64,000 nt of DNA. Source: an uncultured Bacteroidales bacterium. Its GTDB lineage: Bacteria; Bacteroidota; Bacteroidia; Bacteroidales; UBA10428. Positions 35,099-45,658 of the stretch are shown here, piece by piece; positions within the stretch are counted from its first letter, which is position 1; every line of letters begins with the position of its first letter. Under the pieces are notes generated by a model. That model saw nothing but the letters and a program-made list of their open reading frames with translations. It had not been told where the DNA came from and made no database searches. The position numbers were made by a program, and so were the translations under genes. The stretch lies in contig CAZFQS010000014.1 in assembly GCA_964521285.1 (NCBI GenBank), positions 8,961 to 72,960 on the forward strand. Reading direction: 5' to 3'.

Positions 35099-36532
35099 AT
35101 GGAAAGGCATGATCGTTCAAAAACAAAAATAATTGCAACTATAGGGCCCGGATCGTCTTCAAAAGACGTTCTCAGAAAATTGTTTATGGAAGGCATTGAT
35201 TGCTGCAGGTTGAATTTAGCTCATGGTACATATCAGGAACATTTGAAAGTTATTAATAATATTCATGAATTAAACGATGAATTATCCAGTAATGTCGCCC
35301 TTTTAGCTGATTTGCAGGGACCAAAATTAAGGATAGGTGAAGTATTAAATAACTTGATTGAATTAAAGGAGAATAAAGAGGTAACTTTCATTACCGAAGA
35401 ATGTGTTGGTAACCAGGAGAAACTGTTTATAAATTACAGGGAATTTCCCAAAGATGTTGGACCTGGTGAAACAATTCTTATAGATGATGGTAAAATTAAA
35501 TTAAGAGTAACTGAAACAAACGGAAAAGATAAGGTTAAAGCTAAAATCATACATGGAGGTATTTTATCATCAAAGAAGGGTGTTAACCTGCCGGATACAA
35601 GTATTTCGCTCCCCAGTTTAACAAAGAAAGATATTGAAGATGTAAATTTTATTTTAAACCATGAAGTAGACTGGATTGGTCTTTCTTTTGTAAGATCAGC
35701 AAAGGATATTGTTGATTTGAAAGAGATAATAAAGAAAAAGAAAAAATATGTAAAGGTTATAGCTAAAATTGAAAAGCCAGAAGCACTGAACGAAATTGAT
35801 AATATTATTGATGTTGCAGATGGAATTATGGTAGCAAGGGGAGATCTGGGTGTTGAAATACCATTTGACCGTGTTCCCTTTATCCAGAAACAAATAGTCA
35901 ATAAGTGTATTAATAACTCAAAACCTGTTATTATAGCAACACAGATGCTTGAAAGTATGATATCTAATTTCAGGCCGACCAGGGCTGAAGCAAATGATGT
36001 TGCTAATGCAGTTTTTGATGGAGCTGACACCCTTATGCTCAGTGGAGAGACTTCAATAGGCAAATATCCTGTGGAAGCAATAAAAGCTATGCAGAGAGTT
36101 ATCGATTATGTTGAAGGAACAGAATTTGTTTTAAATCACGAACATATACCTGATTGCAAATCAATATCATACCTGCCCGATTCTATTTGTTATAATGCAT
36201 GTAAAATGGCTGATCTTACAAATGCAAAGGCAATAATTACTTTTACTCATTCAGGTGCAACTGCCTTTAAAATATCAAGCCACAGACCCAAAGCCGATAT
36301 TTTTGTATTCACATCAAATGAACAACTGATTAAGAAATTGTACCTGGTTTGGGGAGTGAGGGCATTTTATCTAAAACATGAAAACCATGTTAATGATGCT
36401 ATTGATAATACTATTGAAATTCTCAAGAGTAAAGGATATATTAAGGGTGACGATGTTGTTGTACATGTAGGCAGTATTCCCATAAAAAAGCGGGGGCAGA
36501 CAAATATGATGAAGATCAGCTATGTTAAATAA
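35099..36532 (+). CDS. pyk: Pyruvate kinase
   Basis: Motifs KIIATIGP, DLQGPKLR, MVARGDLGVEIP and ATQMLESM. Confidence 0.95.
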   Translation: MERHDRSKTKIIATIGPGSSSKDVLRKLFMEGIDCCRLNLAHGTYQEHLKVINNIHELNDELSSNVALLADLQGPKLRIGEVLNNLIELKENKEVTFITEECVGNQEKLFINYREFPKDVGPGETILIDDGKIKLRVTETNGKDKVKAKIIHGGILSSKKGVNLPDTSISLPSLTKKDIEDVNFILNHEVDWIGLSFVRSAKDIVDLKEIIKKKKKYVKVIAKIEKPEALNEIDNIIDVADGIMVARGDLGVEIPFDRVPFIQKQIVNKCINNSKPVIIATQMLESMISNFRPTRAEANDVANAVFDGADTLMLSGETSIGKYPVEAIKAMQRVIDYVEGTEFVLNHEHIPDCKSISYLPDSICYNACKMADLTNAKAIITFTHSGATAFKISSHRPKADIFVFTSNEQLIKKLYLVWGVRAFYLKHENHVNDAIDNTIEILKSKGYIKGDDVVVHVGSIPIKKRGQTNMMKISYVK

Positions 36533-36558
36533 ATACTCACAATAAAATAAACAGCGTC

Positions 36559-37584
36559 ATGAAAGCAATGCTTTTAAATCAAATATATGATTTAACAAAA
36601 AATAGTCAGCCCCTGGAACTTGCTGATATCGCTAAACCAGAAGTTAGTAAAGGTGAAGTCTTAATCAAAGTAAATGTCTGTGGAGTATGCCATACAGAAA
36701 TAGATGAGATTGAAGGCAGAACACCCCCTGCTAAATTTCCAATAATTTTGGGGCACCAGGTTGTTGGAATTATTGAGGACATGGATAAAGAAGATGAAAA
36801 TGTAAATGTTGGGGATAGGGTGGGAGTAGCATGGATTTATTCCTCGTGCGGGAAGTGCAGACATTGTCTGTCGGGAAAAGAAAACCTATGCCCTGTTTTT
36901 ATGGCAACGGGCAGGGATGTAAATGGCGGTTATGCGGAATACATGCTTGCTAAAAAAGAATTTATATATAAAATTCCAGAAGTATTTACCGATACTGAGG
37001 CAGCACCATTATTATGTGCAGGTGCAATAGGTTATCGTTCATTAAAACTTACAGGATTGAAGAACGGATTGTCTTTAGGTCTGACTGGCTTTGGAGCATC
37101 TGCTCATCTGGTGTTAAAAATGGTAAGGCATAGTTATCCGGATACGGAAATATTTGTTTTTGCCAGGAGTGAAAAAGAAAGAAATTTTGCCAGGCAGCTG
37201 GGTGCTGTGTGGACTGGAGATACAGCAGACAGATCACCTGTCAGGCTGGATTGTATAATAGATACAACACCTGTATGGAAACCTGTAATTGAAGCTCTTA
37301 ATAATCTTACTCCCGGAGGAAGGTTAGTGATAAATGCTATAAGAAAAGAAAACATTGATAAAGATTACCTCCAGAAGGTAAATTATTCTGAACATTTATG
37401 GATGGAAAAAGAAATCAAAAGTGTGGCAAATGTTGAGCGTAGCGATGTAAAAGAATTTTTAAGGATTGCTTCTGAAATACCTGTAAAACCTGAAATTCAG
37501 GAATATTCTCTTGAAGAAGCCAATAAAGCCCTTATAGAGATTAAGCAAAGAAAGATTAAAGGTGCTAAGGTATTAGTGTTGTAA
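36559..37584 (+). CDS. Zinc-dependent alcohol dehydrogenase family protein
   Basis: GVCHTEIDE catalytic Zn motif, structural Zn CGKCRHCLSGKENLC and GLTGFGASAH Rossmann motif. Confidence 0.85.
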   Translation: MKAMLLNQIYDLTKNSQPLELADIAKPEVSKGEVLIKVNVCGVCHTEIDEIEGRTPPAKFPIILGHQVVGIIEDMDKEDENVNVGDRVGVAWIYSSCGKCRHCLSGKENLCPVFMATGRDVNGGYAEYMLAKKEFIYKIPEVFTDTEAAPLLCAGAIGYRSLKLTGLKNGLSLGLTGFGASAHLVLKMVRHSYPDTEIFVFARSEKERNFARQLGAVWTGDTADRSPVRLDCIIDTTPVWKPVIEALNNLTPGGRLVINAIRKENIDKDYLQKVNYSEHLWMEKEIKSVANVERSDVKEFLRIASEIPVKPEIQEYSLEEANKALIEIKQRKIKGAKVLVL

Positions 37585-37585
37585 T

Positions 37586-37615
37586 ATTGCTCTATTACTC
37601 TATTGTTCTATTGCT
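37586..37615 (-). repeat. Octamer tandem array, reverse orientation (CAATAGAA-CAATAGAG-TAATAGAG-CAAT on minus strand)
   Basis: Direct reading. Begins 2 nt after the alcohol dehydrogenase stop codon. Confidence 0.85.
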
Positions 37616-37724
37616 AAATAATTAAATAAACAAATAATCAGATAAACAAATAATTAAATAGATTCATTTGTATATTCATATTATTTCGTAACTTAAAAAT
37701 AAAGTTTGCTTGACTAGACAGATA

Positions 37725-40184
37725 ATGGATAATACTAAAAAATTATCATATAATAAACTGAAGGATAGAGTCTTAAAGCTTGAAAAAGAGTTAAATGAAA
37801 TAAAAAAAGCCCAGAATAACTTATCATATTCTCAATTAATAAATGAGCTTTATGAACTGCGAAGGAAGAATAAAGAATTATCAGAATTTGAAAATAAATT
37901 ATTAAATGACACTAAGGTTACACGTAAAATAAAGAAAGGCATAAATAAAGAGAATTTCAAAGTTTTTGATGACTTCTATTCAGGTATATATATTCTTCAC
38001 CCGGAGAAAAATAATGATACCAGTGATTTACGGTTAGTGTATGGAAATTCTGAATCTGAAAAACTCCTGGGCTTAAATGTGGATGATATAAAAGGTAAGA
38101 CAATTAATGCAATTTTTCCTGAATTTCAGAAAGAAGGAATTCCCCAATTATTATCTGAAGTCTTAACCTTAAAGAAACCTAAAAAGATAAAAGAAATCTC
38201 TTATAAACTTAAAAAAATTGAACCAGCAATCATATCAATTAAAGCTTTTCCTTTATACGAAAATTATATCGGAGTATCATTTGAGAATATTACAAAAACA
38301 AGGAGACTCCAAAAAGCATTAAAAGAAAGTGAGGTTCGCTTTAGATCTATATTAAACAATTCCAATTCTGTAATTTATTTAAAAGATTTATCCGGAAGAT
38401 ATTTATTAATTAATAAAAAATTTGAAGAAATATTACATTTGGATAGTATGGAAATTATCGGGAAATCAGATTATGATATATTCCCGGAGGAATATGCCAG
38501 GGAAATTGTTAAGAATGATTTGGAAGTAATTAATAATCAGAATACAATAATTGTTGAAGAAGTCTTTCCCCTTGATGATGAACCACGTACTTTCCTGTCA
38601 AGCAAATTTCCAATTTTTGGGGATGATAATAATATTTACGCAATTTGTGGCATATCAACTGATATTACTGATCGAAAAAAGGCTGAAGAAGAGCTAAATA
38701 AAATATTTACTTTATCTGAAGACTTAATTTGCATCGTAACATTGCAAGGAAAAATTTTAAAAGTTAATCCGGCATTTGAAAGAGCGCTTGGATATAAACA
38801 GGAGGAATTTTTAGAAAAGTCACTTTTCGATTTTATGTATCCTGCTGATATAGAGAGTACTGTTAATATTGTAAAAGAGAAGCTGAAAAATAATGAACCT
38901 ACTATCAACCTTGAGAACCGTTATCTATGTAAGGATGGTTCTTATAAATGGTTTTCATGGATTTCCCAGCCACTTTATGATAAAGGTATAGCATTCTCAA
39001 TTGCAAGAGATATCACTTCCAGTAAATTCTATGAAAAGGAATTGATAAAGGCCAAAGAGAAAGCTGAAGAAGGTGATCGGCTGAAATCAGCATTCTTATC
39101 AAATATGAGTCATGAAATAAGAACTCCTATGAACGGTATACTTGGCTTTTCAAAAATGCTGGAAGCGAATTTACTGGTAGACAAAAGAAAACAATATATT
39201 AATTATATACATTCCAGTGTAAACCAGTTACTGACAATTATCAATGACATTATTGATTTCTCAAAAATTGAGGCCAGTCAACTGAGATTAAATATAAATG
39301 ATTTCGATCTGAATGAATTAATTGATGATTTATATAATCAATATGAATCTGAACGTTTAGCTCAGGGAAAAAATAATCTGGCCCTCAGCTTTTCTAAAGG
39401 GCTTAATGATCCTGAATGTTATATTGAAGGTGATGATGTAAGAATCAAACAGGTTTTATCTAACCTTTTAAGTAATGCAATTAAATTTACACATAAGGGC
39501 GCAGTTGAGTTTGGATATAAACTCGTAAATAATGACAGATTGAATATTTACGTAAAAGATACAGGTGTAGGTATATCAGAAGGTAAACAAAATATAGTTT
39601 TTGAAAAATTCAGGCAGGAGGATGAATCATTTACAAGGCAATATGGAGGAACCGGACTTGGCCTGGCAATATCAAAAGGACTTGTGGCGCTTATGGGCGG
39701 TGAAATAGGGGTTAAGTCAGAAAAGAATAAGGGATCTTTATTTTATTTTACTATACCTTATAAACAAGCCGGGCTAATTAGTAAAGAGGTAAAAATAATT
39801 GATTCTGATGAAGAATATGATTGGAGTGATAAGACAATTCTTATTATTGAAGATGATCTGATGGGTTATGAATTTCTCAAGGAGATAATGGAGCCAACGA
39901 AAGTGAAAATATTGATTGCAGAGAATGGGCTGAAAGCTATTGACTTAATTAAAAGCAATCCGGACATAGATTTAGTTTTAATGGATCTGCGAATACCAAA
40001 AATGGACGGGTATACTGCCACTACTGAAATAAAAAAAATATGCCCTGAACTTCCGGTAATTGCTCAAACAGCTAATGCACTTCCGGAAGACAGAATAAGG
40101 GCTGAGGAGGCAGGTTGCGATGATTTTATTACTAAGCCGATAAACAGAAGAGAATTCCTGTTAACAGTCAATAAATATATTTAG
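37725..40184 (+). CDS. Hybrid sensor histidine kinase/response regulator with coiled-coil and PAS domains
   Basis: ORF track opens at TTG 37710; ATG at 37725. H-box SHEIRTPMNGI, N/G boxes (GTGLGLAI) and a C-terminal receiver (LMDLRIPKMDG..KP). Confidence 0.9.
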   Translation: MDNTKKLSYNKLKDRVLKLEKELNEIKKAQNNLSYSQLINELYELRRKNKELSEFENKLLNDTKVTRKIKKGINKENFKVFDDFYSGIYILHPEKNNDTSDLRLVYGNSESEKLLGLNVDDIKGKTINAIFPEFQKEGIPQLLSEVLTLKKPKKIKEISYKLKKIEPAIISIKAFPLYENYIGVSFENITKTRRLQKALKESEVRFRSILNNSNSVIYLKDLSGRYLLINKKFEEILHLDSMEIIGKSDYDIFPEEYAREIVKNDLEVINNQNTIIVEEVFPLDDEPRTFLSSKFPIFGDDNNIYAICGISTDITDRKKAEEELNKIFTLSEDLICIVTLQGKILKVNPAFERALGYKQEEFLEKSLFDFMYPADIESTVNIVKEKLKNNEPTINLENRYLCKDGSYKWFSWISQPLYDKGIAFSIARDITSSKFYEKELIKAKEKAEEGDRLKSAFLSNMSHEIRTPMNGILGFSKMLEANLLVDKRKQYINYIHSSVNQLLTIINDIIDFSKIEASQLRLNINDFDLNELIDDLYNQYESERLAQGKNNLALSFSKGLNDPECYIEGDDVRIKQVLSNLLSNAIKFTHKGAVEFGYKLVNNDRLNIYVKDTGVGISEGKQNIVFEKFRQEDESFTRQYGGTGLGLAISKGLVALMGGEIGVKSEKNKGSLFYFTIPYKQAGLISKEVKIIDSDEEYDWSDKTILIIEDDLMGYEFLKEIMEPTKVKILIAENGLKAIDLIKSNPDIDLVLMDLRIPKMDGYTATTEIKKICPELPVIAQTANALPEDRIRAEEAGCDDFITKPINRREFLLTVNKYI

Positions 40185-40220
40185 AATGCTGATTTTTATT
40201 AGCAGTGATAAACAGAATTA

Positions 40221-40832
40221 CTATTTTATATAGAAATCCAGTAGTATCATACCCTCGATAGATGCTGTAAGATGATCCCCAATCTTAACAGGCCCCACTC
40301 CGGAGGGTGTGCCGGTGAAAATAAGGTCGCCAATTTTCAATGTTATAAACCTTGAAATGTATGCAATTAATTTGTCAAAAGAGAAAATTAAATCTTTTGT
40401 ATTTCCTTTCTGAACAGTTTTGTTATTAATATTTAACTGAAAATTTATTGAGTTTATATCAGCTAACTGATTTTTCCTGAGAAATTTTCCCAGGGGAGCA
40501 GCACCATCAAATGCTTTTGATATTTCCCATGGATTGCCCTGTTCAATAGATTTACGCTGTAAATCCCGGGCTGTAAAATCAATTCCTATACCTATTTCGT
40601 TATAATAACGATGGGCATACTTCTCATTAATGTTTTTACCCAGCCGGCATATTTTTAAGACAATTTCAACTTCATGATGTATTTCTTCAGAAAAGTCAGG
40701 AAGAAAAAAAGGCTTATTATTATTGATAATTGCTGAATCGGGTTTCATAAAAAATATTGGCTCTTCGGGAACAGGATGATTTAACTCTTTTGCATGATCT
40801 TCGTAATTTCTGCCAATACAGATTATTTTCAT
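40221..40832 (-). CDS. Fumarylacetoacetate hydrolase (FAH) family protein
   Basis: 203 aa. N-terminal KIICIGRNYEDHAKEL and C-terminal GDLIFTGTPSGVG motifs. Confidence 0.85.
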   Translation of the reverse strand: MKIICIGRNYEDHAKELNHPVPEEPIFFMKPDSAIINNNKPFFLPDFSEEIHHEVEIVLKICRLGKNINEKYAHRYYNEIGIGIDFTARDLQRKSIEQGNPWEISKAFDGAAPLGKFLRKNQLADINSINFQLNINNKTVQKGNTKDLIFSFDKLIAYISRFITLKIGDLIFTGTPSGVGPVKIGDHLTASIEGMILLDFYIK

Positions 40833-41596
40833 TTAAAAGCTCCTCTTAATTTTATAGATGTAAGGACATTTTTCGTATACAAAGGAAAATCATTATTAAT
40901 CACCCATCCGTAATAAGCAGGGTCTTTCTTAAATACATCTTCTACCCTCTGACCTTTATATTTGCCGAAATTAAATGTTTCTTCTCCCTTTTCATTATAG
41001 ACTATCCTTCCGGCAAAATCAGCATTTTTGTTGTGGCTTGAATAAGCTGCGAGATTATCAATATCATTGGGCAGATCATTATATTTATCAATCTGTGCTT
41101 TCAGAATTTCGTATGTAGCCCTGGTATCAGCTTCAGCACTGTGGGCTTCTTCCAGCTCTTTATTGCAATAGAATTTATATGCTGCACTTAATGTCCTCTG
41201 TTCTTTTTTATGAAATATTACCTGCACATCAATAAATTTTCTTTTCTTAAGATCAATATCAATCCCTGCGCGTAAAAATTCTTCTGCCAGGAGAGGGATA
41301 TCAAATTTATTGGAATTGTAGCCTGCCAGATCACATCCTTCGATGGCTTTTGCCAGTGTCTTTGCTACTTCTGAGAAAGCAGGAGCATCCTTTACATCTT
41401 CATCAGTCAGTCCATGTACTTGTGATGCTTTAGCAGGTATAGGAATTGTAGGATTAACTTTTATTGTTTTTGACTCTTCATCACCGTTGGGATATATCTT
41501 TAAGTAGGAGATTTCTACTATCCTGTCACTGGAGATATTTATTCCAGTAGTCTCTAAATCAAAGAATATTAAAGGATTTCTTAATTTAAGTTCCAT
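40829..41596 (-). CDS. DEDDh 3'-5' exonuclease (DnaQ/epsilon-like domain)
   Basis: ExoI FFDLETTG, ExoII AGYNSNKFDIPLL and ExoIII HSAEADT. 4-nt overlap with the downstream FAH gene. Confidence 0.85.
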   Translation of the reverse strand: MELKLRNPLIFFDLETTGINISSDRIVEISYLKIYPNGDEESKTIKVNPTIPIPAKASQVHGLTDEDVKDAPAFSEVAKTLAKAIEGCDLAGYNSNKFDIPLLAEEFLRAGIDIDLKKRKFIDVQVIFHKKEQRTLSAAYKFYCNKELEEAHSAEADTRATYEILKAQIDKYNDLPNDIDNLAAYSSHNKNADFAGRIVYNEKGEETFNFGKYKGQRVEDVFKKDPAYYGWVINNDFPLYTKNVLTSIKLRGAFK

Positions 41597-41651
41597 ATAA
41601 TAACATTAAAAGAAGTAAATAGAATTACTTATAAGAAGTCCTTATTAATTA

Positions 41652-42785
41652 TTAAGCATTTATCATCATCGGCATAAGAAGCATCAGTACATCTTCATCA
41701 TCATTTTCTTTTTGCAAAGGAAGGAACAATCCTGCTCTTGATGGATCAGAAAGTTCGATAACAATGTCAGAGGATTTTAAATTTGATAGTATTTCAATCA
41801 GGAAAACTGATTTGAAACCGATTTCCATATCATCTCCTTCATACTGACAGGATAATCTTTCATAAGCTGAAATAGAAAAGTCAATATCTTGTGCTGAAAC
41901 AGTTATTTGATTTCCGCTTAATTTTAGTTTAACTAAATTACTTGCCTGATTTGAGAATACCGATACCCTTTTAATCGTATTCAAAAAGTTAAGCCTGTCT
42001 ATTATCAATTTGTTTGTATTATCTGTAGGAATCACTGAATTATAGCTTGGGTAATTTCCTTCGACAAGCCTGCAAACCAACTTATACTTTGCCAGAGAAA
42101 AGAATGCATTCTTATCATCAAACTCTATTGTCACTTGTTTTTCCTTGTCTTTTGTAATAATATTCTTTAGCAAGCTGGCAGGCTTTTTTGGAAGTATAAA
42201 TGATGAGTTTATTTCAGTTTTAGCGTCGTCTCTCTTATAACGTACCAGTTTATGGGCATCTGACGCGACGAAAATCAAATTATCCGGAGCTAATTCAAAG
42301 AAAATACCGTTCATTACAGGGCGCAACTCATCGTCAGCAGTAGCAAAGAATGTATTATTCAATCCGGTTGCCAACATCTCATAATTTACCTGAAAACTTG
42401 ACTTTTTATCTTCTTTAATTGGAGGAATTTGAGGGAAATCAGATCCTTTCTGACCAACGCTGGTAAACTGGCCGTTTTCAGTATTTATAACGATCGAAAG
42501 TGTTTCGAGATTTATATCAAATGTAAGAGGTTGCTCAGGAAATTCTTTAAGTGAATCAATAAGTAAACGGGCAGGTATTGCAATATTACCGGAGGCATCA
42601 GCATTTTCTAATGTCATTGTTGTAATCATTGTAGTTTCCAGATCAGATGCTGTTATTTTTAACTCCTTACCCTTTAGATCAAAAAGAAAATTATCAAGTA
42701 TGGGTAATGTGTTTTTGGGATTTATTACTCTGTTTACTGATTGTAAATGATTTAAAAGATCAACACTTGATACTACAAATTTCAT
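41652..42785 (-). CDS. dnaN: DNA polymerase III beta sliding clamp
   Basis: 377 aa. The three-domain clamp pattern is recognisable, with a C-terminal LLMPMMI-type ending. Confidence 0.9.
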   Translation of the reverse strand: MKFVVSSVDLLNHLQSVNRVINPKNTLPILDNFLFDLKGKELKITASDLETTMITTMTLENADASGNIAIPARLLIDSLKEFPEQPLTFDINLETLSIVINTENGQFTSVGQKGSDFPQIPPIKEDKKSSFQVNYEMLATGLNNTFFATADDELRPVMNGIFFELAPDNLIFVASDAHKLVRYKRDDAKTEINSSFILPKKPASLLKNIITKDKEKQVTIEFDDKNAFFSLAKYKLVCRLVEGNYPSYNSVIPTDNTNKLIIDRLNFLNTIKRVSVFSNQASNLVKLKLSGNQITVSAQDIDFSISAYERLSCQYEGDDMEIGFKSVFLIEILSNLKSSDIVIELSDPSRAGLFLPLQKENDDEDVLMLLMPMMINA

Positions 42786-42944
42786 TTATTAAAAGTTTAA
42801 GTATTATATCACAAATAATTGATTTTTTACCTTCTTTATTAGTCTATCAATATTACAAAAAAAATATTATTTCTAAACCTGAAGATAATTATTTTTTCAT
42901 AAAATAGTCAACATACTTAAGCAGAGGGATACAAAATCTTAATC

Positions 42945-44720
42945 TCAGGACTTTACTGTAATTTGTGAAGCATATTTTACTTTTCTTAAATAATTGTATA
43001 TAATGCCGAAGATTATTATAATAATTGCAGGTAACAAAATATTTATTAATTGCCATTTTAATTTTTTCTTCCTGTTTCCGGTAATTTCACGGTCAAGCAG
43101 CCTTAATTTATATTCCCTGTCAAGTAATTCAGAGATCCCCTGTGTGTTTGTCAGATAGTTAATGGCATCAACAATAAATTCTTTATTATCAAAGAAAGCA
43201 TGCAGCACTTCCTTTTTATAATAATTATTGATAAATTCTATATACCGATCAGTTTTTAAGGGTAATATTTGAATTCTGCCGTCAGGCCAAATCTTATAAT
43301 CATTCCTTATAACATCTCCATCAGCAACCAATATCATTTTGGTATTTACACTTTTATCTTTAAATATGATTTTTTTCTCGCCTGATACAAGATTATCCGG
43401 AACAGGCCTGTTTCTAAAATTACTTTCAAAAGTGCCTTCAAGCAAAACTGCAACAGGTCTTGCAACTGTATCAAATTCACTGGCCGGGGTACTATAGTTT
43501 ATCTCACTTAAGCTGATTAAAGCCGGTAATTTAACCAGCTTATTTCTTTTTGAAGTTTTTAATAATACAGTTTTTTTTACTGATTTGCGTAATTCTAATG
43601 TGTCAATTGTATTGACAAACTGTGATCTTAGATAACCTGTATTCTTTGTTACCGGATGGTCATGTGATGGATTTAATAAGGGAAAATACAGCCAGTCAAA
43701 TGGTTCCCAGACAGGCGATTGATCAGGAGGCGCAATATTTATTGGCAGAATGGTACAAAGTTTATCTTTAACAAGAACAGGATTAATTCTAATGCCATAA
43801 CGGAATAGCTGGTCTTCAATATTTAACTGATTAATAAAGGCAAGAGTTGTACCTTTGGTCAGACTATCGGCATTTACAGACACAGCATCAATTAACCATA
43901 ACACCTTCCCCCCGTTCATAATATACTGATCTATAACAAACTTGTCAGGTTCAGAAAATTTATATTTTGGTTTGGCTATAATTACTGAACTATATTTATC
44001 AAGGATTCCGGCTTGCCCTGTTATTTTAAGGAAATCTATCTTATAACTGTTTTCGAGTTCCTGTAAAATATCTTCAAGCTCATAACCGAATAATTCACCA
44101 TGGCCGATGATGAAAGCAATATTTTCAGGATTATCGTCTGATATTTTACGAATCATGTTTATGAATTTATATTCAAGTAATTCTAATGAGCTGTTTATCT
44201 TTTCCTCCTCTGAAAGTGCAGGATCATCTTTCAGCAGGTTAACCGGCACTTCATTACCCCTGTATGATATAAGAGCACCCGGAACAATTGTAGCGAATGT
44301 AAGATCACCTTCCCTGTTTTTGTAGCTGTAATTAATAAGATTCAGCCCTTTCTGTTTTAATTCATACAGTATTTTATTTTGTATTTCAGGGTTCTCATCT
44401 TTTAAAGGATCGATAAATGTATATTCAATATTACTATTTCCATAAACCTTAAATTCTTCAAGTTTATCCTCAATATTTCTCTTAAACTTTTTATAAGGGA
44501 TACTTAATTTACCGTCAAGGTAAATTTTTATATAAACAACATCATTTAAAGTCTTAAGAATCTCCCTGGATACAGGAGAAACGGAAAATTTTTTCTCTTT
44601 TGTTAAGTCTATTCTGATGTTTATGTAACCTGATATGTAATTAATTAGTAATATAATTGCCAGTAAAAGAATAAGGTGGAAAATATCGTGTTTCTTTCTT
44701 TTCTTCATTCTCATTGTCAT
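42945..44720 (-). CDS. gldG: Gliding-motility-associated ABC transporter substrate-binding component GldG
   Basis: 591 aa with N- and C-terminal TM anchors. Immediately downstream of a GldF-like permease, in the typical GldF-GldG pair. Confidence 0.75.
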   Translation of the reverse strand: MTMRMKKRKKHDIFHLILLLAIILLINYISGYINIRIDLTKEKKFSVSPVSREILKTLNDVVYIKIYLDGKLSIPYKKFKRNIEDKLEEFKVYGNSNIEYTFIDPLKDENPEIQNKILYELKQKGLNLINYSYKNREGDLTFATIVPGALISYRGNEVPVNLLKDDPALSEEEKINSSLELLEYKFINMIRKISDDNPENIAFIIGHGELFGYELEDILQELENSYKIDFLKITGQAGILDKYSSVIIAKPKYKFSEPDKFVIDQYIMNGGKVLWLIDAVSVNADSLTKGTTLAFINQLNIEDQLFRYGIRINPVLVKDKLCTILPINIAPPDQSPVWEPFDWLYFPLLNPSHDHPVTKNTGYLRSQFVNTIDTLELRKSVKKTVLLKTSKRNKLVKLPALISLSEINYSTPASEFDTVARPVAVLLEGTFESNFRNRPVPDNLVSGEKKIIFKDKSVNTKMILVADGDVIRNDYKIWPDGRIQILPLKTDRYIEFINNYYKKEVLHAFFDNKEFIVDAINYLTNTQGISELLDREYKLRLLDREITGNRKKKLKWQLINILLPAIIIIIFGIIYNYLRKVKYASQITVKS

Positions 44721-44735
44721 AAAATTATGTAAAAG

Positions 44736-45467
44736 TTACCAGCGTCTTTTATTCAGGATTGTCCTTGTGAATAGTAAAAATATTGCGACTATTGAGATAA
44801 AGTAAATAATATCCCTAAGATATATCACTCCCCTGCTAATTGATTTGTAATGTTCATAAATACCAAGATCCAAAATAAATGTAGCTGTTCTCCCGAATAT
44901 ATTCAATTGACTTACATAGTCAAATCCAATAAAAAAAAGGAAGGAAATACATACGGCAATAATAAAAGAGATAATCATATTATCTGTAATAGATGAGGAG
45001 AATATGCCAAAACCTGTGTAAGTCGCTGCCAGAAAGAATAATCCAATAAAAGAACCCCATGTCCCGCCAGTATCAATGTTGCCCGGAGGATTACCCATAA
45101 AATATACGGTAAGAAAATAAACCAGACAGGGTATCAATGAGAATATTACCAACGTTAGTGCTGCTGAATATTTAGCCATAATAATCTGGAAATCACTCAG
45201 GGGGCGTGTTAACAAAAGGTCCAGTGTCCCGGACTTTCTTTCTTCAGCAAACATTCGCATGGTAATTGCCGGGATAAGGAATAAAAAAACCCAGGGAGAA
45301 ATTATGAATAATGTATCTATTGTTGCATAACCTGCATCCAGTATATTAAGTTCTCCGGGAAAAATCCACATATAAAGGCTGTTGATTAACAGAAAAACCA
45401 GGATAACTACATAAGCGGTGAGAGTACTGAAGAATCTGCTGATTTCTTTCTTAAATAATGAAAACAT
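44736..45467 (-). CDS. gldF: Gliding-motility-associated ABC transporter permease GldF
   Basis: 243 aa with 6 TM helices. PWVFLFLIPAITMRMFAEERKSGTLDLLLTRP closely resembles the GldF consensus. Confidence 0.8.
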   Translation of the reverse strand: MFSLFKKEISRFFSTLTAYVVILVFLLINSLYMWIFPGELNILDAGYATIDTLFIISPWVFLFLIPAITMRMFAEERKSGTLDLLLTRPLSDFQIIMAKYSAALTLVIFSLIPCLVYFLTVYFMGNPPGNIDTGGTWGSFIGLFFLAATYTGFGIFSSSITDNMIISFIIAVCISFLFFIGFDYVSQLNIFGRTATFILDLGIYEHYKSISRGVIYLRDIIYFISIVAIFLLFTRTILNKRRW

Positions 45468-45568
45468 AGTTCGCGTTTACCTTTTAAATAATACAGATCT
45501 TTACAGACAAAGAGCATAAAGAATATTTATTGCTATCAATGAAATACGTAGTTCAAAGATAAGTATTA

Positions 45569-45582
45569 TTGATGTAGATCAT
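45569..45582. promoter_or_regulatory. FNR/CRP-like box TTGAT-GTAG-ATCAT
   Basis: TGAT-N4-ATCA core in the divergent gldF / PagL-like intergenic region, 77 nt upstream of the ATG at 45659. Confidence 0.3.
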
Positions 45583-45628
45583 ACATTATGATTATTTATT
45601 ATGTTAACACAGAACCAAAAATTCCGTT

Positions 45629-45636
45629 TATATTTG
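45629..45636 (+). promoter_or_regulatory. Candidate -7 element TATATTTG (TAnnTTTG)
   Basis: Exact pattern match 23 nt upstream of the ATG at 45659. Motif match only. Confidence 0.25.
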
Positions 45637-45658
45637 TTTTCATAATATTCATTTTCCA

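Noticed and set aside
35434-36063. 209-aa minus-strand ORF inside pyruvate kinase (and the 65-aa ORF at 35696-35893)
   Set aside because: It is antisense to an unmistakable pyk gene, and its translation is low complexity (FFFFFII, Ser/Ile-rich).
41652-42944. Possible replication origin next to dnaN
   Set aside because: I saw no dnaA gene and no TTATCCACA-type DnaA boxes in the flanking spacers. dnaN is commonly unlinked from oriC in Bacteroidota.
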